The position numbers and the translations under genes are program-made. Source: Hyphomicrobiales bacterium (GTDB lineage: Bacteria; Pseudomonadota; Alphaproteobacteria; Rhizobiales; UBA4765). Taken from it: 64,000 nucleotides of DNA. Of this stretch, positions 40,179 through 48,646 are shown one piece after another. Numbering within the stretch: position 1 is the stretch's first letter; the number at the start of each line of letters is the position of its first letter. The notes below the pieces were generated by a model. It did not search any database. It was given only the letters and a program-made list of their open reading frames with translations, and was not told where the DNA came from. The DNA is taken from positions 19,085 through 83,084 of the forward strand of contig JAIEPZ010000045.1 of NCBI GenBank assembly GCA_019748135.1. The letters run 5' to 3'.

Positions 40179-41186
40179 ATGCGCGTTCTCGTGACCGGAG
40201 CGGCCGGCTTTATCGGCTTCCATGTCGCTTCAGCCTTGCTTGCGCGCGGCGATGAGGTCGTGGGCATCGATAATCTTGATGACTATTACGATCCGGCATT
40301 GAAGCGGGCACGATTGGCGCAGCTCGAGGGCCGGGCCGGATGGTCATTCCAGGCCATGGATATCGCGGACGGCACCCGTATCAGCGCGCTCTTCGCATCG
40401 TTTCGCCCGCACCGTGTGGCGCACATGGCCGCCCAGGCCGGTGTGCGCTATTCCCTCAGCAATCCCCAGGCCTATGTGGCGTCGAATTTCAGTGGCTTCC
40501 TGCCCATCCTTGAGGGCTGTCGCCATAATGGCGTCGAGCATCTGGTCTACGCCTCCTCAAGCTCGGTTTATGGCGCCAATACGCGCCAACCCTTCAGCGT
40601 CTCGCACAATGTCGATCATCCGCTGAGCCTTTATGCCGCCTCCAAGAAGGCCAATGAGCTGATGGCGCACAGCTATAGCCATCTCTACCGGCTGCCCGCG
40701 ACAGGATTACGTTTCTTTACCGTTTACGGGCCGTGGGGCAGGCCGGACATGGCGCCCTACATCTTTACACAAAAGATCCTGGCTGGCGAACCCATCGACG
40801 TCTTTAACGCAGGACATCACGCGCGCGACTTCACCTATGTCGATGATATCGCCGAGGGCGTCGTGCGCGCGCTCGACCGGCCGGCACAGCCCTCGCCAAC
40901 CTGGTCGGGCGATGATCCCGATCCCGCCACCTCAACGGCACCGTGGCGCATCTACAATATCGGTAACAGCCAGCCGGTGGCACTGATGGACTTCATTGCC
41001 GAAATTGAAACGGCCTGCGCCCGTCAGGCAAAAATCAATTTCCTGCCCATGCAGCCTGGCGATGTGGCCGAGACAAGCGCCGACGTATCAGCGCTTCAGC
41101 GTGACATCGGCTTCCAGCCCGGCACCCCTATCCGGGAAGGAATAGGGAAATTCGTTGCCTGGTACCGCGCCTATCACGGCATTTAA
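40179..41186 (+). CDS. NAD-dependent epimerase/dehydratase (UDP-glucuronate 4-epimerase-like)
   Basis: MRVLVTGAAGFIG with YAASK catalytic motif, 335 aa. Trimmed to ATG 40179. Confidence 0.85.
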   Translation: MRVLVTGAAGFIGFHVASALLARGDEVVGIDNLDDYYDPALKRARLAQLEGRAGWSFQAMDIADGTRISALFASFRPHRVAHMAAQAGVRYSLSNPQAYVASNFSGFLPILEGCRHNGVEHLVYASSSSVYGANTRQPFSVSHNVDHPLSLYAASKKANELMAHSYSHLYRLPATGLRFFTVYGPWGRPDMAPYIFTQKILAGEPIDVFNAGHHARDFTYVDDIAEGVVRALDRPAQPSPTWSGDDPDPATSTAPWRIYNIGNSQPVALMDFIAEIETACARQAKINFLPMQPGDVAETSADVSALQRDIGFQPGTPIREGIGKFVAWYRAYHGI

Positions 41187-41229
41187 GCAAACCGACCGTG
41201 ACAGGATCGCGCTAGATCTTGCCGAGGCA

Positions 41230-41913
41230 TCAGGGACTGTGCGCCATTTTCGCGGAATGGTGCTTTTTCAGCATGTAGCCGGCGATGACCACAAAGACAG
41301 CGCCGGCGATCTGGGCTGGAAGATGGTCGATATGAAGCCCGGTTGCACCGATAACGCCGACATCGCGCACCAACAATTCTCCCGCAATCCAGCCGAGTAA
41401 CGCCGCACCCGCCCACACGAGGATCGGAAAGCGGTCGATGATCGCCGTCAGCAAGGTCGAACCGACGATGACAAGCGGAACGCTGAGCAGAAGGCCAAAG
41501 ACGATCAAACGAATATCGCCATTTGCCGCAGCCGCAATCGCCACAACATTGTCGAGGCTCATGACGATATCAGCGATGGTAACGGTCTGAACCGCCTTCC
41601 ACAGCGAGGAATGGCCGGCGACAGAATCCGCATCCGGTTCTTCCGGAACAACAAGCTTCACGGCGATCCACAGAAGGAGCAGCGAGCCGACAGCCGTGAT
41701 CCAGGGGAGACCCAGAAGCTGGGTTGTCATGAATGTGAATATAATGCGCAGGAGGACCGCTGCGCCCGCCCCTAGCGCAATGCCGATCTTACGTTGTTCA
41801 GCCGGCAACCCGCGGCAGGCAAGTGCAATCACCACTGCATTGTCGCCGGAGAGCAGGATGTTGATCCAGATTATCTTCAAAACCGGCAGAGCAAGTTCGG
41901 CAAGCTGTTCCAT
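41230..41913 (-). CDS. TerC/YjbE family integral membrane protein
   Basis: Twice-repeated SxDN(A/V)(V/L) motifs (LLSGDNAVVIAL, VMSLDNVVAIAA), 227 aa. Confidence 0.85.
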   Translation of the reverse strand: MEQLAELALPVLKIIWINILLSGDNAVVIALACRGLPAEQRKIGIALGAGAAVLLRIIFTFMTTQLLGLPWITAVGSLLLLWIAVKLVVPEEPDADSVAGHSSLWKAVQTVTIADIVMSLDNVVAIAAAANGDIRLIVFGLLLSVPLVIVGSTLLTAIIDRFPILVWAGAALLGWIAGELLVRDVGVIGATGLHIDHLPAQIAGAVFVVIAGYMLKKHHSAKMAHSP

Positions 41914-41921
41914 GACGACGG

Positions 41922-42620
41922 CTATTCCTTCGATCCTTCAGCGAGCCCACGCTCCCGCTTTCTTTTCCGCACTATGACGTAGGAAACCATCACAACCAGT
42001 AAAGCCCCCACGCTAGCTCCCAGCAAATTGGGAATGTCACTACCTAACAATTCTTGCAGCCCCGGATCGTCGGCGATAAGTTCGCCCGCTATCCATCCAA
42101 GCAGGGCAGCTCCTGCCCAGATGAAGACAGGAAAGCGCTCGATAAGTCCAAGAATAAGCTGGCTGCCGTAGATGATCAAAGGAATGGTAATCACAAGGCC
42201 GAAGGTAAAAAGCCAAACATTTCCTTTTGACGCCGCAGCCAGGGCAAGCACGTTATCAAGGCTCATGACCGCATCGGCTATCGCAATCGTGCGTACAGCC
42301 TTCCACAGTGATGCTGAGGCCTCAACCTCGCCATGGCCACCATCATCACTACTGATCAGCTGGTAGGCGACCCAGAAGAGCAGGACCCCGCCCAGAGCTT
42401 TCAGATACGGGATGCCCAGCAGCAATGTGATGATCAGTGCAAAAATGATCCGCAGGACGATGGCAACGCCGGTTCCAAGCAATATGCCTATCCGCCGCTG
42501 TCCTTGCGGCAGCCCCCGGCAGGCAAGAGCAATGACTACTGCATTATCGCCGGAAAGCAGAAGATCAATCCATATAATCTGCAACAAAGGTACAGCTAAC
42601 GGCAGAATTTCTGAAAACAT
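41922..42620 (-). CDS. TerC/YjbE family integral membrane protein (tandem paralogue)
   Basis: LLSGDNAVVIAL and VMSLDNVLALAA motifs. Lies 8 nt upstream of its paralogue. Confidence 0.85.
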   Translation of the reverse strand: MFSEILPLAVPLLQIIWIDLLLSGDNAVVIALACRGLPQGQRRIGILLGTGVAIVLRIIFALIITLLLGIPYLKALGGVLLFWVAYQLISSDDGGHGEVEASASLWKAVRTIAIADAVMSLDNVLALAAASKGNVWLFTFGLVITIPLIIYGSQLILGLIERFPVFIWAGAALLGWIAGELIADDPGLQELLGSDIPNLLGASVGALLVVMVSYVIVRKRKRERGLAEGSKE

Positions 42621-43059
42621 CAGCCCATCCCGTTCTTGCGCGCCGCCAAACTCTCTTTTGCATTGTCCTTATCGGCAGATGAGCATATCGGCAAGTGTCG
42701 TTTTCACTTGGCGTTTCCTGACCGCCACAGCGCGCGGCGGCGCTGCAATGTTCGGCGGACGACTGCAGTGCGCCGCCCTTGGCGCTGTGTGGTAGATTTT
42801 GCCGATTCGAGGGGTCGAACTTACCGGGACCTCTGCTCATTCGTGATCAGTTAACCATTTAAGCCGTTGCGCAACAACGATCATCGATGTGGCCCGCTCC
42901 TTGCTAGCTCTCCCTACGCCGGATGGCGCATGGGGAATGGATATGGCTCAGATCTTGTCGCGTTTATCGATTGTTGCAGAAGTGGCTGGTGAGGGTTTCG
43001 CCCTGGCGACGTTTACCGCCATGGTGGCCGTACTCGCCAAGATCGTGGCGGGATGACTG

Positions 43060-43857
43060 TCAGTCGACAGCGGCGGCGCGGCGTTCAGCATCACTTGAAC
43101 GCTCCTGCTCGGCCATCACCAGCTCGGCAAGATCGCGTTTCAGATCATTGAACGCGGGCGAGGCAGGATCGCGCGGGCGTGGCAGATCAACCACCAGATC
43201 GCGCTTGATGGTGCCCGGGCGATAGGTCATCACGACAATGCGGTCGGCGAGGTAGATCGCCTCTTCGATCGAATGGGTGACAAAGACGATGGTCTTGCGA
43301 TCCTCGGTCCAGATGCGCAGCAATTCCGTCTGCAACGAGCGCCGCGTCAGGGCGTCGAGCGCGCCGAAGGGCTCGTCCATCAACATCAGCGGCGGATCAA
43401 GGGCCAAAACGCGGGCAATCGCCACGCGCTGGCGCATACCGCCGGAAAGGTCACGCGGGTAACGATCCCGAAAATCGGTAAGGCCAAGCTTGTCAAGAAG
43501 CCGGTCGACAACCACCTTTTTCTTGTCAACCGCCATCCCCTTGATATCGAGGCCGAAAGCGATGTTGCGCTCGACATTCATCCACGGAAAGAGCGCGTAT
43601 TCCTGGAACACCATGCCGCGATCGGGACCAGGCGCGCTGATGAGGCAGCCATCGACGGTGATCGTGCCCGATGTCGGTCTGGCAAAGCCGGCAATCGCGT
43701 TGAGCAATGTTGATTTGCCGCAACCAGACGGCCCCAGCAGGCAAACGAATTCACCGCGCGGGACATCGCACTGGATGTCATCGAGCGCCACCACATCACC
43801 GCCACTGGAGCGGAACACCATGCCGACATGATTGATGCTGATATGGGTATCGACCAT
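43060..43857 (-). CDS. ABC transporter ATP-binding protein (NitT/TauT family)
   Basis: Walker A GPSGCGKST, LSGGMRQRVA, 265 aa. Confidence 0.9.
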   Translation of the reverse strand: MVDTHISINHVGMVFRSSGGDVVALDDIQCDVPRGEFVCLLGPSGCGKSTLLNAIAGFARPTSGTITVDGCLISAPGPDRGMVFQEYALFPWMNVERNIAFGLDIKGMAVDKKKVVVDRLLDKLGLTDFRDRYPRDLSGGMRQRVAIARVLALDPPLMLMDEPFGALDALTRRSLQTELLRIWTEDRKTIVFVTHSIEEAIYLADRIVVMTYRPGTIKRDLVVDLPRPRDPASPAFNDLKRDLAELVMAEQERSSDAERRAAAVD

Positions 43858-43862
43858 GATGA

Positions 43863-44678
43863 TCAGGTCCCGATACCGCGGTGCCAGCGCAGCAGGTAGT
43901 CGTTGAGCCGGGAGGCGAAGGTGTCAATCAGCAGGCCGAGCGCGCCGATGGTCAGCATGCCGGCGATGATCTTGTCGGACCACAGATATTCCCGCGCTTC
44001 GAGAATGCGATATCCCAGCCCGTCGCTGACAGCAATCATCTCGGCGACGATGACAACGATGAAGGCGGTGCCGATGCCAATCCTGGCGCCGGCGAGGATG
44101 AAAGGACTGGAGGCTGGCAGGATCACGCGGCGGAATATTGTCATGCTGCTGGCACCCAGATTGCGGGCAGCACGCAGATAGATGGAATCGACCTGACGCA
44201 CGCCAGCAATGGTGTTGACGAGAACCGGGAAGAACGAACCAAGCGCGATGAGAAAGAGTGCCGGCGCATTGCCAAGGCCAAACCACACGATGGCAAGCGG
44301 GATATAGGCGATCGGTGGTATCGGGCGAAGGATCTGCACCAGCGGATTCATCAGCGTGTAAATGCGCTGACTTGTCCCCATCAGCAGACCCAGCGGCAGC
44401 GCAAGCCCGGCGCCGATGGCAAAGCCGGATAGAACGCGCGACAGGCTAGCTGCCGCATCATGAGGAAATTCGCCCGATACAAGCCAGACGAGATAGCTCG
44501 ACTCACTCGGGTTGAAGGGCTGCAGCGGCTGCATCGCCTGTACCCAGCGCGCTGCAACCGCCAGCGGTGATGGCAGGAAGGCGGCTGAGAAGACGCCAGC
44601 CCGCGACAGGATTTCCCAGATGATCACCACCAGCACAGGCATGATGGCGCCACGCAACACAGACGAGAGACGCGTCAT
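43863..44678 (-). CDS. ABC transporter permease (NitT/TauT family)
   Basis: BPD-type permease with EAA-like loop (LRAARNLGASSMTIFRRVILP). Confidence 0.88.
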   Translation of the reverse strand: MTRLSSVLRGAIMPVLVVIIWEILSRAGVFSAAFLPSPLAVAARWVQAMQPLQPFNPSESSYLVWLVSGEFPHDAAASLSRVLSGFAIGAGLALPLGLLMGTSQRIYTLMNPLVQILRPIPPIAYIPLAIVWFGLGNAPALFLIALGSFFPVLVNTIAGVRQVDSIYLRAARNLGASSMTIFRRVILPASSPFILAGARIGIGTAFIVVIVAEMIAVSDGLGYRILEAREYLWSDKIIAGMLTIGALGLLIDTFASRLNDYLLRWHRGIGT

Positions 44679-44683
44679 CGCGT

Positions 44684-45655
44684 TCAGTTGACGCCAAGCG
44701 AAGCTTTGGCTTCCTTCAGCAGATCGAGCTTCACCCAGTCAGCTTCCTTCGGCGGATTGACCATCTTGCCCAGGCCATGCTTGACCATCAGCTCCGTGGT
44801 CTTGTCCATATGGCCTGGCGGCATATCGAAGGTATAGCGGGCATTGTTCATCGCATCACGAAAATCTTCCGACGACAATTGCCCCTTGAACACCGATTCG
44901 CGAACGTATTTTTCTGCCAATGCGGGATCGGAACGGAAGGCGATGGTGGCGTCAACGAAAAGCTTGAGCACACGCAAGGCGACATCGCGCTTCTCGGTGT
45001 ACATCTTTTCCGTCATCACCAGCGGGCGTACCGGCACACCAAGGTCGGTATCGTAGGGCTTGAGCAGCTCAATGCCCCAGCCCGCGCTGATGGCCTGTGT
45101 CGATTGCGGCTCTGATTGACAGATAACATCGACATATTTCGACGCCAGAGCCTGGCTGAGATCGGCATAGTTTCCAAAATAGAGCAGTTGAACGTCCTTG
45201 CCCGGGCGCTCCGACCAGGTGAGCCCATACTTGTCGAGTTCAGCCAGCAGAAGCAGGTCCTGAATGCCGCCACGAACGGTCGCAACCTTCATTCCCTTGA
45301 CCTGGGCGAGCGAACTGATCTTGAGGTCGGGGCGGGCAAGAATGCGCGCGCCACCATCGGCAAAGCCGGCAACAACCAGCAGCTTGACGCCGTTACCGCG
45401 CGCCGCAACCGCTCCATCCCCGCCGGAGGCTGCAATATCGACCAGGTCGGCCGCCATGGCCGGATAAATATCAGCGCCCTTGGCAAACACACGCTCGTCG
45501 ATCTTGAGGTTATATTTGCCGGCAATCTCCTTCATGTAGGAGATCGTGCCGTAATGGGCGAATTTGAGATTGCCGAGGCGCACGATATCCTGGGCCTGTG
45601 CCAATCCGGTAGTTGAAAAAACAAGCGCAAGAATTGCAGACAATCGCATCCACAT
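44684..45655 (-). CDS. ABC transporter substrate-binding protein (NMT1/THI5-like)
   Basis: Signal peptide MWMRLSAILALVFSTTGLAQA and periplasmic binding-protein size. ATG 45655 follows GGGGGAG (track start is GTG 45697). Confidence 0.8.
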   Translation of the reverse strand: MWMRLSAILALVFSTTGLAQAQDIVRLGNLKFAHYGTISYMKEIAGKYNLKIDERVFAKGADIYPAMAADLVDIAASGGDGAVAARGNGVKLLVVAGFADGGARILARPDLKISSLAQVKGMKVATVRGGIQDLLLLAELDKYGLTWSERPGKDVQLLYFGNYADLSQALASKYVDVICQSEPQSTQAISAGWGIELLKPYDTDLGVPVRPLVMTEKMYTEKRDVALRVLKLFVDATIAFRSDPALAEKYVRESVFKGQLSSEDFRDAMNNARYTFDMPPGHMDKTTELMVKHGLGKMVNPPKEADWVKLDLLKEAKASLGVN

Positions 45656-45873
45656 AGCTGATCGCTCCCCCAAAATCGTCATTTTATGACGCTTCACGCG
45701 CCTTGATCATCTCGTGTTACTACAGTCCCTCAGAACCGGTCATGACGTCGCGACAGGCGGCCATCAACCAGCGATTATCTTGTTACTCTACGGGCATCAT
45801 AAACATTCATCGCTCGAAGGCCAGTCCAAACATGAGACTGCCGCGCTCGTTTGCGCAAATCGATGAAATACCG

Positions 45874-45978
45874 TTAGCGCATGCTGCGAAAAAGTGGATA
45901 CCGGCTTTTCGATAACAGCATGCGCAAACAATAAGATCAGCAAGAACGACGATTCCCCGTAAATGCAATTCGCGCTAA
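45874..45978 (+). repeat. 105-nt palindromic intergenic element, copy B
   Basis: Same length and orientation as copy A. Termini TTAGCGC...GCGCTAA are inverted repeats, with an internal stem GCATGCTGCGAAAAAG...CTTTTCGATAACAGCATGC. Ends 15 nt before the eda start. Confidence 0.7.
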
Positions 45979-45993
45979 GGATGGCTGGGCAGG

Positions 45994-46650
45994 ATGCCGA
46001 CGAGGCATGGGGTGAGCGTGCAGACACATTCTTTTTTTGCTCGTGCGCCGGTCGTGCCGGTGATTGTGGTCGAGGACGTGGCGCTTGCGGTGCCGCTCGC
46101 CCGCGCGCTCGTCGAAGGCGGGCTGCCACTCCTCGAAGTGACATTGCGCACGCCTGCCGCACTCGCAGCAATCAAGGCGATGCGCGAGGCGGTGCCCGAG
46201 GCTGTCATCGGCGCCGGTTCCATCTTGTCGTCGGCACATCTTGAATCAGCCCTTGGCGCCGGCGCGCAGTTCATCGTCACGCCCGGCGCCAGCCCGGCAC
46301 TTCTGGCAGCGCTGGCGCGTGCGCCTGTGCCCTGCCTGCCCGGCATTGCCACCGCCAGCGAAGCGATTGCGGCACGTGATCACGGTTTCCGGGTGGTCAA
46401 GTTTTTTCCAGCCGAGGCGATGGGCGGGATAAAGACCCTGTCGGCCTGGCAGGGACCGCTGGGCGATATCTTCTTCTGCCCGACCGGGGGCATCGATCTG
46501 CAGCGGGCTCCGTCCTATCTGGCGCTGAAGAACGTTTTATGCGTCGGCGGCTCGTGGATGGTGCCGGCGCCAGCGCTGCAAGCGCGCGATTTTGCGCATA
46601 TCACATCATTGGCAAGAGACGCGGCAGGTTTAGCAAAACCGGCAAGGTGA
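45994..46650 (+). CDS. eda: 2-dehydro-3-deoxy-phosphogluconate (KDPG) aldolase
   Basis: PVVPVIVV...LEVTLRTPAALAAIKAM...GAGSIL...FIVTPG pattern typical of Eda, 218 aa. Confidence 0.9.
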   Translation: MPTRHGVSVQTHSFFARAPVVPVIVVEDVALAVPLARALVEGGLPLLEVTLRTPAALAAIKAMREAVPEAVIGAGSILSSAHLESALGAGAQFIVTPGASPALLAALARAPVPCLPGIATASEAIAARDHGFRVVKFFPAEAMGGIKTLSAWQGPLGDIFFCPTGGIDLQRAPSYLALKNVLCVGGSWMVPAPALQARDFAHITSLARDAAGLAKPAR

Positions 46651-46721
46651 TGTGATGCACTGATCTTGACGCAAGTCGGTCGCAATCCATGTGTATAATG
46701 CCGCAAACAGGGAGAATGGAC

Positions 46722-47534
46722 ATGTTTGATGCTGCAAAGCTTCTCGACCAGTTGATGGGCGCCGGTACGGCTGCCCGGATGGACCAGATGAGTGGTGGAA
46801 AATTCAGCGATATCAGCAACAGGGCTGCCGAATTGGCGGCGCAGCAGACACAGGCCGTCGCCGGCAAGGGCGGCTATCTTGATCAGGCCAAGCAGGCGCT
46901 GCCGGGCAGCGACACAATACCTGACCCCAGCGCCGTCATCGCCCAGACAGGCGAATACGTCGCCAAGAATTCGGATGCCCTCGTCAAGGGCGCAGTCGCC
47001 GGCACGATCCTAGCCGCGCTCATTGGCACCAAAGCCGGTCGCGCCATTGGCGGGACAGCGCTCAGGCTTGGCGGATTGGCCGCGATCGGCGGCCTCGCCT
47101 TCAACGCTCTCCGCAGCTGGCAGGCGGGTCAGGGTACCGCCCCCGTCGTACCCCAGGCGGCCCTCTCGGGCGATGCCGACAAACGCGCCAGAGCCATATT
47201 GGAGGCGATGATCGCGGCTGCCAAGGTCGATGGCGAGATCGACGCCGCCGAGCGGGCCCGCATTCTGGCGCACGCACAGACGCTTGGTATCGAGGCAGCG
47301 GCTCAGGCGTTCATCGAAGCCGAACTGGCCAAGCCGCTTGATATCGCAGCGATCGGTGCTGGCATCGAAGGTGTTGATCGCTTGAGCGAAATTTACGCCG
47401 CCTCGGCATTGGCGATCAATGCGACGAATGCCGCCAACGCGGCTTATCTCGATACGCTGGCCGAACGGTTCAAGCTCGATCCGGCGCTCCGCGCCCATCT
47501 CGATGAAGAGGTGGCAAAGCTCAAACGGGGTTGA
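46722..47534 (+). CDS. DUF533 / TerB-like domain protein (YebE family)
   Basis: MFDAAKLLDQLMG N-terminus, a central TM/glycine-rich segment and a C-terminal TerB-like region (AMIAAAKVDGEIDAAERARI). ATG 46722 follows GGGAGA. Confidence 0.75.
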   Translation: MFDAAKLLDQLMGAGTAARMDQMSGGKFSDISNRAAELAAQQTQAVAGKGGYLDQAKQALPGSDTIPDPSAVIAQTGEYVAKNSDALVKGAVAGTILAALIGTKAGRAIGGTALRLGGLAAIGGLAFNALRSWQAGQGTAPVVPQAALSGDADKRARAILEAMIAAAKVDGEIDAAERARILAHAQTLGIEAAAQAFIEAELAKPLDIAAIGAGIEGVDRLSEIYAASALAINATNAANAAYLDTLAERFKLDPALRAHLDEEVAKLKRG

Positions 47535-47537
47535 AAC

Positions 47538-47996
47538 ATGACAAACCGCGCTCGTCTGCTGCTCGTCGCCCTTCTGGCGCTCGGCTCGTGCGCACCACGA
47601 CAGCTCGACAGCAACTGGGCCATCGACCAGCAGGTCGTCTATTGTGCCAACACGCGGGCAGGCGGATTGATCATTGGCAATCCCCAGGCCTTCTCGGGCG
47701 TACCGCTGATCGGGCAGGCGGCGAATGCCACGGCCGGCATCTTGCAGGAGGAGGACGCCTGCAAGGTGGTGCGCGGGTTGCGGCCTGACGATGTCACCCA
47801 ACTCAAGATCATCCAGTCCATGGCCGCCCGGGAAAACCGGGTGCTGACATCCGGCCCGTTCACTATCACGCCGCGCTCCGTTGGCGCTGAGTGCCTGCCA
47901 ATTGTTACGCTCCATCGCCCCAGCGGACAGGTGCTGCGCCAGGAGACGCTCTGCCGCGACAAGCAGGGCAGCTATGCGCCGCTCGGCCAGAGGTAG
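47538..47996 (+). CDS. hypothetical Cys-rich lipoprotein
   Basis: Signal peptide plus lipobox LALGSC, with four further Cys. Lies 3 nt after the DUF533 gene. No family recognised. Confidence 0.6.
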   Translation: MTNRARLLLVALLALGSCAPRQLDSNWAIDQQVVYCANTRAGGLIIGNPQAFSGVPLIGQAANATAGILQEEDACKVVRGLRPDDVTQLKIIQSMAARENRVLTSGPFTITPRSVGAECLPIVTLHRPSGQVLRQETLCRDKQGSYAPLGQR

Positions 47997-48106
47997 GGTC
48001 GACAGACGCAACACTTGATGTTTGGGAGTTGGCGCCATTATCCTGTCGCGCCGGCCCGCACGCGTCCCTGTGCCGGGCCTGGCACGCCAAGGCCAGATTG
48101 CACCCC

Positions 48107-48646
48107 GTGAGCACTGCACCCAAACGCCGCCGCCTTCTCGATCCCGGCCTTGTGATCATCATTGTTCTGGCCAGTATCGGCGCCGGGCTCACCTACCGCG
48201 ACCAGGGCATGGCCGCGGTCTGGGCGATTATCGAAGACGACAGCCTGCTGTTTCTGGAAATCCTGCCCAAGGTGGCGGCTGGTTGTCTGATCGGCGCGCT
48301 GATCACCCTCCTGGTACCGCGCGAAGTGATCGTCCGCCTGGTTGGCAGTGAATCGGGTCTGCGCGGTCTTGTCATTGCAACGCTTGCCGGCATTCTCATG
48401 CCCGGCGGGCCTTTTACGGTGTTTCCGGTGACGGTGGCGTTTCTGACCATCGGCGCGGATGCGGGAGCGGCCATCGCCTTCGTCACCGCCTGGCACGTCA
48501 TCGGGCTCAACCGCGCCATCATCTGGGAGATGCCGTTTTTCGGTCCGCATTTTGTCGTGATGCGGGTGGGCGTCTCGCTGCTCTTTCCGCTTCTCATCGG
48601 GCTTGTCGCCCGCTGGCTACACCTGCGCCGCAAGGACACTCCGTGA
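48107..48646 (+). CDS. half-size permease subunit (first of a paralogous pair)
   Basis: Hydrophobic 4-5 TM protein with motifs MPGGPFTVFP, VTAW and NRAIIWEMP. The start was proposed at the in-frame GTG 48107, because the upstream part of track ORF 47891.. is arginine/proline-rich and overlaps the lipoprotein gene. Confidence 0.65.
   Translation: MSTAPKRRRLLDPGLVIIIVLASIGAGLTYRDQGMAAVWAIIEDDSLLFLEILPKVAAGCLIGALITLLVPREVIVRLVGSESGLRGLVIATLAGILMPGGPFTVFPVTVAFLTIGADAGAAIAFVTAWHVIGLNRAIIWEMPFFGPHFVVMRVGVSLLFPLLIGLVARWLHLRRKDTP

Noticed and set aside
42621-42860. yybP-ykoY (Mn2+) riboswitch upstream of the TerC genes
   Set aside because: It was expected from the gene family. However, the conserved GGGGAGUAG and UUGACA/AGAGACC segments are not present in the proximal leader. 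The nearest resemblance (GGCGAGUACGG at about 43030-43045) has mismatches at invariant positions and lies about 420 nt from the start. The region is kept only as an unclassified leader.
45656-45873. TPP (thi-box) riboswitch upstream of the NMT1/THI5-like ABC operon
   Set aside because: The minus-strand leader has CUGAGGG and GAGAUGAUCAAGG. It lacks the conserved CUGAGA ... ACCUGAUCUGGAUAAUGCCAGCG core and the pairing partners. The resemblance is too weak without a covariance-model search.
47010-48119. 369-aa minus-strand ORF spanning the DUF533 and lipoprotein genes
   Set aside because: It crosses two well-formed plus-strand genes and their 3-nt junction, and its Arg/Gly-rich translation marks it as a shadow ORF. 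The same reasoning applies to 62561-63610, 6162-7187, 4588-5598, 17139-18134, 13951-14859 and 27330-27935.
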